A stretch of DNA of 64,000 nt from Oikopleura dioica (taxonomy: Eukaryota > Animalia > Chordata). Of this stretch, positions 44,911 through 62,603 are shown in pieces. The notes below the pieces were generated by a model. The model did no database searches. It was not told where the DNA came from and saw nothing but the letters and a program-made list of their open reading frames with translations. Within the stretch, counting starts at the first letter, position 1, and every line of letters starts with the position of its first letter. The stretch spans positions 10,292,001-10,356,000 of the forward strand of contig OU015569.1 of the NCBI GenBank assembly GCA_907165135.1. Reading direction: 5' to 3'. The position numbers and the translations under genes were made by a program.

Positions 44911-47900
44911 CTACGGAACTTTCTTCGGAAAACCGGTTCCATTTGCGAGAGCGTCGGTTGAAGAGGGGAGGCAGGGACGATATTGTAAGCTGAAGCTTTC
45001 CCTCTTCCGAGACGGGCTTTTGAAGAGTGGCTGGCAGACTTGGGTGAACTTGCTTCGCTGCTTGGCTTCTTTACTTCCATCCTCCATGCTCTTAAAATAG
45101 TAAATCTGGTTTATCAATTTTATTTGGCTTGAAAATTCTTCCTTGATTTGAGTGCTGCACTCACCCGCAACATAAGGTTTATGCTTTCCTTGTCGACGCG
45201 TGGGATCTGGTGAAGAATTTTGATAAAGATGTCTTTCTGCGTTTTGAAAATAGTGAAGCCAATGCGGGTGAGGGGTGAAATGCATTCGGAATGTTCGCCA
45301 TGGATTGAAAACGCCCGCAGGATTGTGATGAGGCACTCTGCGCGCAGCTCGGTAGAGAAGTTTTGCTCACGCTCTAGCGAAGGCATCAGACTCTGCAAAA
45401 CGGAACAGCTAAAAGTAGGCTTTATGTAACGAATTTGTGAAAAGAACTCAAGTTACCTCTTTTGCATAGTTTTAGCACAAAGCCAACCTAGCGGAGTACA
45501 GACACCTTCTAGTAATACTTTGAGATTGGTTTTGATCATTTGCTCGGCGACGGTGGTTGGCTTGTGGTCACTCTGTTGGCTTCGTAAAACGGCGACTAGG
45601 AATTCGCTGTAATCCTTGGTCAGCGTTTGCGTTCGAAAGTAGTGCAGCATTTCTTCTTTTTCATTGTCGAAATCAGCCTAGATAATGTGTCATATACACA
45701 GAGCAATTTTCAGAGTGCTTACTTCTTCTATCTTCTGCCAGTTCTTAATTAACTGGGTCACACAACAGCTCATAACGTCGGAAATGGTTTGAACGCCAAG
45801 GTCAATGTTCGATAGGGGGCAGTGCTGGACAAACGGGACAAGAAGCTGGCGGATAACAAGACGTTGCCTGGTACACGGCAGTTGAGATAGATTATTTACG
45901 CTAAGGCGCTCATAGAGCTTTCGAGAGGGTTTTTTTGAACAACCTACTCCTAAAGAATATTAGGAATTATTCGATTTATTTTTTTTAAACCCGCGCCTGA
46001 GGCATGTGGTAGAGGTCGGGCCAGATTTTGGCTCCATTGGCGATTACTAATTGGATTTGCTGCTGTGCATTTTCGAGCACGCTTCTTAACCGAGTGTTGG
46101 GATCTTTTTTGTCTGCTTCGGGCATGTCGGAATCTATTTGGTTAACCTAAAAACGGGATGAAATCAACGATGATTGCGCGAAGTGCAAATTACTTGAGCC
46201 CAGTCAATTGCTTCAGTATCCAATGCTTCCTTCGCAGCAGCCGAAATCGAAGGTTCAGAGTAGAGAGATTGAAAGTAGTGGTAGACAGAGAGAACTTTTA
46301 TTAGACATGGAGCGCCGACGGAGAGTGCTTGGCGGACAGCTTCGTTTCCTGAATTGCCGGATCCGGCTTTGCACCTCCGTAACACAACGAGCAATAAGGC
46401 GACTGCAGATGTGATCGAAGCTCTAAGTAACATTGCATGTCTTTTCTTTGATGCTAGATTAGCCCAAACCTATTTGAAGTGAAGACGTGATCGTCACTTA
46501 AGATTTCCTCTGGAGTTTTGAGATGTAGTCCCATCGATTCAGCGAATTGTTTTGAGCTTGTTATTTCTTCTATTTTCGGAGTGCATTGGTCGAACATTGA
46601 GGAAACTGCAGAGAGAAGCTCGGTAAGAAGCATCGGTAATAAATGCTGGCGCTTTGGCAGCCAGCAGAGGATGACAAGAACTTCAAAGAGCAGCACGCGC
46701 GGACCTACGTGAAGCTTTGATGCTTGCCACTTGGCGGCTGTGTTGTGGATCATTTCGAAGAGTGGCTCCATAATATCCGCGTTGCTGCTTGTCAGATGAA
46801 CAAGGGCAGAAGCAGATTGCCTGCGCAACTTCGCAGACAAGTTATCCTCGCCACTGATGCTTTCGCAAGTTGAAAGAAGTGTTTCCACGCATGCTACAGT
46901 CACGCTTCCTTCAAGAAGATAGAGCAGTTCCATGAATCCGCGGAGAAGCTCGATTTTGAACTTGAGATCATCATTCGATTTCGGTTGGAACTTGAGTATC
47001 TCTGCAAGGACCTCGGGCAAATTAGTCGCAGTAAGTTTGGTTTCTTATTTAATCTTTGATCTGATGTGTTGAATAATTTTTATAAAAGTGGGGGAAACAA
47101 AAAGAATCGAAACCTATCTAACGTCCATTTCTTTTGCCTTGAGGGCGGCAGAAATAACTGGTATCGAGCCAGTAATGAGGCTGGAGGAGACTCTCCTCGT
47201 TCCACTATCAGGTTCGTAAATTGCTCGTCTGACCATTTGTGACATAATGCATCCAACATCTTGTGGAACTATTCTTGCCAAAGCTGCGAACGATGAAAAA
47301 TTTATAAAGTTCAATATATGCATGAATTTTTTCTAAAGAAGTGAGTGAATCAATCAGTTTTCATCGTTTCCTTTCAAAAGTGAACATGAAACATTGATCA
47401 ATTTCGTGACAAAGGATCTTTGATGGCCGTCAGACTCGAAGCCCTGAAGAGATTTGACGTAGTCCTTCTTGGCAAATTGTTCGGAGGCGAAATAGGTGAG
47501 GCTATCCAGCAGTTTCGGCATTAGCATGTTAACAAATGAGCTCATTTCATCTTCGATTCCTTTCGGCCTTCTTGCGGCGGCTTCTGATTCCATAAACGCA
47601 CTCACGGCTTTTACTATTGATTGAAAAGCGTGAATTCCAGACTCTACAAGGAACGGACTTTTCAGCGAAACGACTTTGATTAGAAACTTGATTGCATCGC
47701 TGCACTGGAAGAGGCTCTTCAGAGCGTCGTGTTCACAATTCTTCGGCGAGTACCAGCATTGGGCGATGAGGCTGCCCATCGAATCGGAGAATTGCGCCAA
47801 ACGACCGACGAGAAGGAACTCTTTTTCTGATGAAAATTTGAGCGCCTGGTCGAGCACTTGATCGATTATCTGCAAGTGATCGTCGGAAGAAAAGATCTTC

Positions 47901-48902
47901 CACAGCGAAACTCGCTCGGAGGAACTGTTAACTAGATAAAAATATATTTTCAATTGGAATCTTTGAAATAAAGGGGAAAGACTATGAGAGGCCCCTTAAT
48001 TTTTACCTTGGCGAGAAACCGAGACAATGAAGATCTCAAACAGGGTCAAACATATGTTTGATTCAGGAGTGCCAATGAGTGCGATCGAGTCTCTGAGCAA
48101 GTTCCAAATCTGCTTGACTGAAATTAGCTCGAGGAGAATATCGTGCTTACAGCTTTCCACAAGAAGACCTGCATTAGAGAGAACTTCGTCTTTTTCTTGA
48201 ATTGAGTAGCTGGAATTGCCGCAAATGTCGAGTACCATTTCGATTAGTCGATGATGTCGATCGACTAAAATATAGTTATGAAGAGAACTATAACGGATTG
48301 AATTTCTTATTCGTGAAATAAAATAACGGGGAAAGTATGTTAACTTTGAGAGAAAGCCCGAACCTAGCGCAGTTGACAGGTCCCGATGTCTTGTTTGGTT
48401 GTCGATGGTTTGATGGTTAATGTGGAATTGAATCTCGCCGGTTATCCTCAAAATCGTCAAGTAGTACTGTCCATCTGCAGTATCAATGAGTTCCGAAAGT
48501 GCGCGCCATTCTTGAGGCCACTCACGGATCGCCACTTCGGCAATGATCCTCGTCATCTGCCGTTGAACATTTTTCGTCGATGCAAGTAAATTCATTAGGG
48601 AGCTCTTGACTTCCTCCTTCTCCCTGCTCGAGTAGTTGTTCCACTCGACGCGCAAGACATCGTAAAATAAGCCAAGGGAAGAGCTACGGATGAAATCGTT
48701 TGGGTCGGTCAAAAGCTGGAAGATTATTCTCAACTGCTCGGATCGCTCGTTCTGGTCGGATTTGAACTTTTGAATGAGGTTGTACGATTCCAGTCGATCT
48801 TGATAAAATTAACATTTTACCGAAGAGTGTCGGTTTACCTTGGTTGGAGCAGTTGGGCTCGAGTTGAATGAGAAATGCCTTTTTAACATTTTCGATGTTC
48901 AT
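44911..48902 (-). CDS. XPO5: Exportin-5-like karyopherin, multi-exon
   Basis: MNIENVKKAFLIQLEPN; LGLFYDVLRVEWNNYSSREKEEVKSSLMNLL...IIAEVAIREWPQEW matches the remembered XPO5 N-terminal HEATs (VVEMIKREWPQHW). Long HEAT-like exons follow. Confidence 0.85.
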
Positions 48903-48955
48903 TCTATCGCATACCCAATCTAAAGACGCGAACATTAGCAAAGGAACAAAAACGA
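48903..48955 (-). promoter_or_regulatory. Intercistronic spacer with putative SL trans-splice acceptor (MRPL18 to XPO5)
   Basis: 53 nt between the stop and the ATG; pyrimidine-rich tract ending TCTTTAG. Confidence 0.7.
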
Positions 48956-49837
48956 TTACTTCTTGAATACATGATCAATAAACTTGTTGTTTTTCTTAAT
49001 CTGACTGGGCGTTTGACCCCTCGTCCACGAGGGTAGCTCTCCATCTTCGCGTTCTGTAAATTTAACTTGACGATCTCGCGAGTTTTCGTCGAATGGTTCT
49101 TCGAAAATGATCCCCATTTCTTCCAGCGCTATGGTGAAGTCGTCTTCTTCAAAAGTTATACTCTCTTCCTGCGAGCTTCAAACACAAAGTAGCCAAAAGA
49201 GAAGATGAACGAAAAGACTTACTGAGGGATGAAAGGATAAGAAACGTTAGTGATGCCTGCCATCTGCATTCTAGCGCCCAGAGCGCGGCCCACGACATAA
49301 CTAGCGATTCTATCAGTTTTGTCGAGAATCTGATTGCTTATTGCTGTTTCTTCGGAACTGGCCGAGGCGATTATTCCACTTCTGTAGTGCTTACAAATGC
49401 CCTCTACGAAATCATCTCTCCTGAAATAAAAAAGACGGCTTAGAGCTTCATTTTTAAGGAAACCTGGTACCTAATTAATTCGACAATATGATGAGATGCA
49501 TGGGCGGGCAAATTCGTCACTTCTATCCGAAGACCATGTGGATCAAAGTTTTTGATTGTTTCGGCGGTCATAAAACGCTCTAGCCAAGCGAAAAAAGTAC
49601 TGACATGAAGAGTAGCAAACCTTGATTATTAGCTGGACCAGCTCCCCAGCCAAGGTCCCGATGTGCGATGTTCATCTTTTCCAAATTTCTTGGGTTTTTG
49701 TTTCTAAAGTCTTTTCTGATCTTCAAGCCCTGTTCCTTTCCACTTTTGACCTCGATAAAAGCCGCTTCTTCTGATAATTGTGAAGATTTACGAGAAAGTA
49801 TTCTCGTCGAGCGTAAACTTCTCGGTAGCCGAAGCAT
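48956..49837 (-). CDS. MRPL18: Mitochondrial ribosomal protein uL18m
   Basis: Presequence MLRLPRSLRSTRILSRK; signature NKNPRNLE...RDLGW; IIASASSEETAI...VVGRALGARMQMAGIT. Confidence 0.88.
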
Positions 49838-49951
49838 TTTTCTATAAAACGACAGAAATTAGATTCGATTTTGGCATTTTGGCAGGAGCTCGGACAGCAA
49901 CTTTGGGAACTCATTCAACAGGCTATTCTTTTCAAATTCGTTCTTCTTCCT

Positions 49952-51637
49952 TCATTGAATGATTTCTTTCTTCGCATCTTTCTTGTCAAGTTGAATTCTC
50001 TTGAAATGGAACTTGCCATCCTCGCGATCAACAGTAACATCGTCGTGGTCTACTTTCCCCATGTTCTTCAACGAGCTGATTTCAGCCTGATTCTCCAGAT
50101 TGTTCTTCGTCAACTGATCGATTGCCTTTTGCACGGTCATCAAAGTAACTTAAATACAAAGTGCCGAATACACGTGGCCTCGGAATAAGACTTTGAATTA
50201 GTCTGTAATGATAACTGTTCCTGAATCGCCCAGGGTCGAATCTGATTAGTATGAAGAGTGCCCGCAGCGGCCAGGACAGCTGGAATCGCCCCGAGAGCGC
50301 GTACTTCATCTTGCATCTCTTTCTTGTGTTCGCTCTCATGGTGGCCTGATTTGTTATTAGCAACGTTATTCTAAGAATCGATTAGCTAGAACCTAAAATG
50401 TTGGCTAGAATTCGGACAGTGTTCTTCCAAATCTCAAACATGATCTCGATGTAGGCTGATCGCTGTGGAAGCTCTCCACCGTCCTGCAATCGAGGCCTGA
50501 GCTCATCTTTGTACTTTGGATTCTGGCTGATTTCCCAGCAGCGTTTCATGATTCCACAAATTGCAACGAGCATGGGTTCCGTCGCGAAAGAGGCAGTGTG
50601 GCGAGCTGAAGCTGGCGCGATGAATTTTAGCACCTCGAAAATGATACTTTTGGACATGTCCCGGTTCCCTGATTCTGAAGATAAAATTACAGAAAAATTT
50701 TTCAAGTGATAAATTACCTTTATTAGTAGGCCCTGGCAAAAGAATACAATTACAGTGGAGCAGAAAATACTCGCGGATGTTATCCAAGATGACGATGGGA
50801 AATTCACAATCGCTGTCGTCTGTCTTCAGTCCAACTGGGTTTTCAGTCATTTGATCTGTAATAAACTCAAGAAGAGGTGGAAGAATCTCGCTGTTCGACT
50901 TCTCCAGCGCCGTGCAAAAGACTTCTGGCGAGACAACCCAAAAATGATTGAACAAGAGCGAAATCCAGCCTTCTTTGTGGCCAATTTCGTCGAATTTCTC
51001 AATTAGATAGAGCAGAATCGCGGAAATTGACTCTCCCTTCAGCATTGTCTTGTTTTCCTTCTCCCAGTAGCTCTTTTCGCAGCTCAGAAGCGCTGCAGCA
51101 AAGAACGAAATCATATGCGAATCGAAGTGCTCTCCAATTTGGAGTAGAGTGCCGCCCTCGTCGATGCAGTCGTCACCCACGAATCGAATCGGATGGCACA
51201 TGTTGTGGATCAGCTGCAACAAGATCGACAATCCGCCACGCCATCGTTCGCGGACAAAAGAATGGAAAAAATTATTTAGCTTTTTTTCGTATTTCATCCA
51301 GTTGATTTGAAGGTTCAAATCGGCGCCACCTTGGCCAAAGATATTTCGCCAGCGACGGAGACCATCCATAAGGTGCTCATCGGAGAGATTCTCGTCCACC
51401 TGCATCAGAAATGTGACTACTTGCTGTGTGCTATTTGAGGTTCTTACGGACTTCCTAATCGATGCAAAAGCAAGAGGCTTTTTTTATCAAAGATCCAGGT
51501 TCTTTTTTGTCTAGAGTTCGTTAAGCAATTTATTGATAAGAACGTATCCTGAGAGCGGATCGAACAGAACTCTCTATGAGGTCTTTTTGCGTCGGAAAAC
51601 TTCCAAACGGAGAAGAAGTGCCGGTAGAAGGATTCAT
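49952..51637 (-). CDS. ATXN10: Ataxin-10-like ARM-repeat protein; 5' exons uncertain
   Basis: VRILANI...QDEVRALGAIPAVL...PWAIQAIDQLTKNNLENQ aligns to the remembered ataxin-10 C-terminal domain (QDKVNELDGIPLIL...WVIYAIRNLTEDNSQNQ). Confidence 0.7.
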
Positions 51638-52967
51638 TCTGAAGCAAAGAACCGTCAGATTCTGGTAATTTGGAACAACTTGGAGTGATTTTTATTATTA
51701 TTGCAAAATATGTAACTTTGAAAATGATCTTTTTCATTATTATTATTAAATAATTTAAATATCAAAAAGAACATCTTTAAAAAGGAAATGGAAGCTGAAG
51801 CATTCAATAAATTCAATATTCATTTTTTTGGGATACGAAGGCGAAAGTAGAATAAACAAGGTCAATATAGAAAATAAACAAATGCAAAATATAAAAATGA
51901 AAACAAAGATAAGTCTCTATGTTAGAGGTAGACGATGAAGATTTGATGAAAGAAAAAAGACAAACAAAAAATGAAATGATAAGAATAAGATTTGTCATTA
52001 GGTGAAATCGAAAAGCGTATTTATATAAATAGCGAACAGAAGAAGGAAACAGCGAGAGACGACTACTGATAAATTCAATACAAGATGCCGATGATGAAAA
52101 TTATAAAATTGATCTGTTAAATTACTGCATTTCTCAATTGTCCAGTGCAGAAGCCAGAGTCAGAAGCTGTTTCCTGACCTGTGTGCCTGCTTCCAGAAAA
52201 AAACGATTAACTCTAACTCTGACCCTGTAGACAAGTTGCTGTAGCGTGAAAATAAAAAGACCCTCTGACAAGTAAAACGATCGTTGTCATCATTGATCTT
52301 GAAGAATGCGTACTGCATTGCTACTGCTTTAAAAAACATTCGACCATTCTCATTTAGGAGTAGGATTCTTTTGCGTTTTGGTTTTTTAGAAATAATTAGT
52401 AGAAATAGTAAAAGATAAATAAAAATTAATCAGAAAGCAAGTCTGGTAGACTCAACTACTTTTTCAGGAATTAAAATTAGTTTAAAGACTCTAGCACCAT
52501 CACTTTCTCTTTTTTGTTAATTATTTTTAAATTCCAGGGTCGAGAAAAAAATTTATGATGGAAAAAGAAGATGACACACAAAATAAAAGATAATATAAAA
52601 TGGACAGTATGAGGAAATAATTCAGAATAATAAACAGAGAAAAAAGCTGAGTGCAAGTTGGCAAGAAGAAATGATTTTTTACTTTTTTGAAATTAGAAAT
52701 AGTTTTTTTGCCTTTTTGCATTTGAATGTAAATTGGAATAATTTGGTTTGGAACTAGAAAGAGATTCTTTTGGAACACGAAAGCATCACTTCAGATTATT
52801 TTTGGTTGACTGATAAGAACAAGAGTTTTGCAGGTTTTCTTTCTCCGACTGGTGACTTGTGGCTTTCGCTAACTTTGAGGAGGCTGCTGAAGAACAAGGA
52901 AAGAGGATTTTTCGGAGATTTGAAAAACTGACGGCTAGTCGTTGTTATTGTCATGATGGAGGTGAAC

Positions 52968-57685
<4,718 letters not shown>

Positions 57686-57724
57686 CTGAACAGACACAAT
57701 TCAACTTTATTCAGCACGATTTAA

Positions 57725-58529
57725 GGGGGTAGACAAGCCTATCAGCGATTGGATTTTTCTTAAGACTTTTTTTCCTAGGCTTATTATAAGAGCCACTCCC
57801 TTATTTGATCCAACGAAAAGAACAAGAAAGAAAATTCAAAATTCTAGGGCATTAACCACCTAAATTCATTTGTTCAGACTCTAACCCTCACCCTAGATCG
57901 AAAGAAAAAAACACGGCGATGTCCTAAAGAAAGCTAGTTTACATCAATCAAATTTAATTTTCGCCCAATTTGGAGAAAAGAAGAAGCGTCTGGTGCCCTT
58001 TCGCTACTCCAGGGAAAAGAAGAGGAAAGAATCTCAAAAATCGCTCGATCATCCAACTTTAATCCCCTTTTTCTCCCCTGACCTAAATCATGCAGTACTG
58101 TTCTTCGTTACAGTTTGAGAGATTGAATATTAATCAATCCTCTTGAGCAAGTAGTGGATACAAGTTTAATTTATACACTGGGACTTTACAAATCCCTGTT
58201 CCAAACAGTAACAACTAGTGCATTACAGCCTCTCTGAACGGGTTTTGTTTCGGGTTGTTACAGTAATCAGAGCGTACAAATTTCAATTATAGGTCCACTC
58301 CTCGCCCTAATTAGTAATAACCGTAATTCTCTAATTATGAAACAGTAATTTAAGCTGTAGATATCAGTCATCGAGAAGCGGCTTGCTTTTCGAGCAATAC
58401 CAATTGAAAAGCCGCGCTAAGCGCGGCTCATGTTCTTTTTCCGAGTGGAAGCCGCAAGCGGCTTCTCGATTTTTAGCTATAATTCTCTATAAATCTGCTC
58501 GAAAAACGAGATAATTGAAGTCTACCCCC
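57725..58529. mobile_element. Kolobok-like non-autonomous element (805 bp)
   Basis: TTAA on both flanks (57721-57724, 58530-58533) and 10-bp TIR GGGGGTAGAC. TTAA TSD with 5'-RR termini is the Kolobok signature, whereas piggyBac starts with CC. Confidence 0.7.
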
Positions 58530-60090
58530 TTAAAAATATGTTTTACATACCCGACATGGCCGAGGATTCTTCAGTTCTGAATTCGAATTTCTGTTCTTTC
58601 TTTCTTCAGTTCTGTACGCGTGTTCTGTCAGCGGAGGCGAATATACCTTCTTCTCATTTTTTAATTGTCTAATAAGGCAATATGTAATGGGTATGAAAAT
58701 GGGGAGCAATATGCACAGTTGATGCTTCGGCAAAATCGATTTTGAGTAGTACAGCGGCGCGTTTCTCCGCTGCCCGCTCTATTCCTGTATCTTTCGCCAG
58801 CACAAGACTCATTCACTAAGACAGTAAAAGGCAAGTAACATCAAGAAGCACAATTCGGAATTCGAAATGAAAAAAAAAACAGTCGCGAAAAAGAAGAAAA
58901 GGAAAAAATGTAAATTGAAAATGTAAAAATCACAAATGACAATCATCATCATCGCCGTCGTCATTAAATTTATGCGAAACGTATTGATTGAAGTTATTTC
59001 TTTCGCCGTGATTTGGAGAAGGTGAGCAGACGTCAGCGCCAATTGTCGAAAAATGAATATGAGACGCGGATGATAGTTATTACGAATCTGGAATGATAAT
59101 TGGACAGCATCAATCAATCGGAACGAAATTTACAACTATGAATTCTAAATCGCCGAATGGATAGTTTTACAAATAAAATTCTTAATTTCAATGCGTTTTC
59201 TTTTTTACATGAAAAAATCTAAAGCTCGAAAAAATTCGGGTCTTTCTTTTTTTTTTCTCGCGGGTTATTTTTCGTCCAGCCAATGTCGTGGCGCTACTAA
59301 AAGCTTCACTCAAGGGAATGTTTCACTCCGAGAGCCACAATTCAAATTCTCGCTCTTTCAAGAAGAAAAAAATAGTGTTAGAGGAAAATCGAATGCGCTC
59401 TTTTCTTCTCTTTCAGCGCGATTGCGCTTAGTTGCTCGACTGTAACTTTGAGATTTGCAGTCGTGGGGCAGCGGCTTGGAAGTTTTCGCGCGGCTACTAG
59501 GAAAAAGCCGCAGTGCGCGCGCGGCTAGAAATTCAAAAATCATTTTAATTGTTACTCATTGAAATCTCACTGATAAAAAATTTTCAACAATTATTTAAAA
59601 TATATTAATAAATCATTTTTCAAGATAATTTATCTTTTTCTTTCATTTTCTTCCATTTCAAATCGTTTTTTTTTTCTTTCTTTCTTTTCGAAATTCGAAC
59701 TAAGTTTTTGAAAAGAGGTTTTTTGTTTCTCGCAGTTGGTTTTTTTTTTGGTTCTATCTCGGGTGTCTATCTTGGGTGTGTTTTTTTGCAATTGTTCGGT
59801 GAATGGGCCTCTTCTTCTTTTTTCGCCCTGTGAAATGTTTTTTCTCTGAAGCGGGGAGCTCCGACGAAAACTCGGGCGCCACTTTCTGCGCTCCGCGAAA
59901 ATGGAAGTAAAAGATAAAAAAAAAAGCTGAAAAAAATCCGCGTTTCGCAAAATTCAATTGAATTCAATTTTGGAACTCTCCTTGGGGAGTTGTTCGGAAA
60001 GTTTCGCGCTGTTTCTTCAACTTGTCCATTTTAACTTCAATCAATTCATATTTGACAAAAGGGTTAATTACAATCAACGAATTTTAACAA

Positions 60091-60328
60091 CAGTATAGGC
60101 TATACTATACAGTATACAGTGTATAGCCTTTACTGTATAGGTAGATTCTCAAGTCTCGAATCAAAATTTGAAGTTGAAGACTTGAAGAGTCTAACTCTAA
60201 AAGGGGGAAAAGCAGCAGGTGCTGGGCTCGGCAACCTGTGTAAAATACCTGAGTCAGGATTTGAAAGAGTTGTCGAATTGTTTTGGGAAGCTCTTTCGAA
60301 TCCTGACTCAGGTTTTCTACACAGGTTG
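60091..60328. repeat. Cluster of three consecutive imperfect hairpins
   Basis: Stems 60091-60105/60121-60135, 60142-60156/60178-60193 and 60232-60269/60291-60328. Confidence 0.55.
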
Positions 60329-61489
60329 GTGCCTTGCTCTGGGCCCGACAGTATGTATCTGTTAAATTCTCTCGTTGGAATCCTGAATAGTTGTAGAGTC
60401 TACACGCGGGTTTTCTTTCTTTCTTTCTTTTCAGTTTTTTAATCGGTGAATTAAGCGGTTTTAATTAAATCGCGCGCCGCATGTTCTTCGATTTTCTTCA
60501 GAAGAAAATGTGCCGACTGAGTTACATCCTCTGTAAAAGACATACTTTTACAAGTAATAATCACATGGACATCTTCGATCTGACGATTTGAGAATCTGCC
60601 CGTTGATTCGAAAGACGCGCTCGGAAACTTACAAGTTTAGTAATTACGATTTGAGTTTACGATTATTTCATTCTTTTCTCTTAATCTTTTCATTCAAAAT
60701 GTCGCTGCAAAATTGTAGATGCAAAAATAAATGAAAAAAAAAAATAAACGAGTCCGGGTGATCGATTTTTATGTCGTTTATGCTGTCTCTCACTGTAAGA
60801 TGGATTCATCTGCACATTCAGTTCAGTTGAGCAGAGTTAGGAGTGGGTGGAGAAAGAGAGGTAGAGTGCAATTTCCTTTTGGAAAAGGAACGTTTTCGAT
60901 GAAGATTTTTTTCTTGTGTTTTTTGATGAGTTTGGCATTATTTAAGTTAGGCCCGTGGAAAAGTTCAAGTGCCAATAAAGCCATTCGACAGGCGGGAACA
61001 AAATCAATAATTCAAACCCAAAAGCTCTTAGACAAGCCTCACTCTTCTTTGAGCTTGCTCCCCCGCCGCACAATCCCTCACCAATGCCACCATCCGACAG
61101 CGTGTGGTCAAATGCACCAGAAATTGAAATAATCCGCTACCACAGCCTCTCTTCTTACTGCCAGCATTACAGTAAGACAGTAACACACAAGGCGGAATGA
61201 AAAGCGAATGAATGAATGTTGATGTGTGTGTTTTCATTGTTTATTTTTACATAGTGGCATGGTTAAAAAGTCGAACAAACAGTACTATGAGCAATTTTAC
61301 TATGGGTATTGAAATCAACGAGGATTTGAGAGTTGTATCTTGAAGCACTTTTTAGACCAAGGAACGAGCTTTTTACGAACAGGAGCAAAAAAAAGATAAA
61401 ATTTCTTTTTGAAAAATTGAAAATTTAATCCATTTTGCTTTTGATGTTTTCCTCTCCTTGATCTAAAAAAGTCCCTCAGTTTCAACGAT

Positions 61490-61941
61490 TCAGGCGAGCG
61501 CTTGAGTCGTGTTGTACTTGGAAACTGCCTTGGTGCCTTCGGAGACGGCGTGCTTGGCGATCTCGCCGGGGAGAAGAAGACGAACGGCGGTTTGGATTTC
61601 GCGGGAAGAGATGGTGCTCTTTTTGTTGTAGGCAGCGAGTCGGGAGGCCTCGCTGGCGATGCGCCGGAAGCAGTCGTTTGCGAACGAATTCATGATCGAC
61701 ATTGCCTTAGAAGAGATAGCCAGATTTGGGTGCACTTGCTTGGATGGGTTTTTGTTGCGGCTTTTGGCTAATACAAGGCCGAAATAAAGGACCCGTCCTT
61801 AAGTACTTTGTAGATATAGATACTGAAGGACTCTTTGCGATGATTGTTCCTTCGCATCTTTTTCGATTTTTCCTTCTTTTTTGAGCGCTGTTGCTCAAGG
61901 GCTGCTAATTTGCGGCTTTTTCCCATTTTCATTTTTGCCAT
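61490..61941 (-). CDS. H2B: Divergent intron-containing histone H2B variant (exons 61941-61798, 61738-61490)
   Basis: [14 protein letters not shown]|[19 protein letters not shown]...[30 protein letters not shown]; 59-bp GA-AG intron; novel N-tail and NTTQALA C-terminal extension. Confidence 0.95.
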
Positions 61942-62603
61942 TTTTTTGCTTGTCTGAGGTCTTTTTTCTGTGCTAAGAGGGAACGTGAGGAAAATAAAAT
62001 CGAATCATCATTCGAAATAAAAAGCAAGAGCCGGGCTTCTTTCGAGCTTAGCAGGATAAATTAGAATACGGCGAGATCTGCTTAGCTCTTTCAATTCTCT
62101 CAAGTCAAGAATAATTCTATTGCCTAGCTGGTTTTCCTAGTTGCAAGGTAAAGACCTTTAACTTGAGTGTTGAACTTGAAAAACCAAAAATCGGTCGGTG
62201 CCTTTTTCTCTCGATGTGAAGAAGAAATCCGTCGAGACGGTCGTATTTATACGCTTCTGCTACTGAGAAAAACTGGAAAACTACCTGCGTCATATCATGC
62301 TCAGTTTCTGCATCGAAGCCAGTTCCCATACCTTCTTTTTAAAGACATAAGCAGGTTTTAATTCAAGAATGCGTCTCAAGAATAACCAAACATGCTACGA
62401 AGGCTTGTATTAGTAATGAGTTTACTCTGAGGAGCATACTGTACGGACCCTACAGTATGCTCCTTTCTGTGTGATAAGGTGAAGTTGTTTTTTTATTCGA
62501 AAATGTGAACTTTCTTTTTATAAAAATAATAAATTTGTAAAGGCAGTTGTTAAAGTTGGTGCTAATTTGACAGTGAAATTATATTATCATTGATTGTGAT
62601 TCA

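Noticed and set aside
62117-62361. Small ORFs on both strands between H2B and TSSK
   Set aside because: No recognisable motif and no way to choose a strand without expression data.
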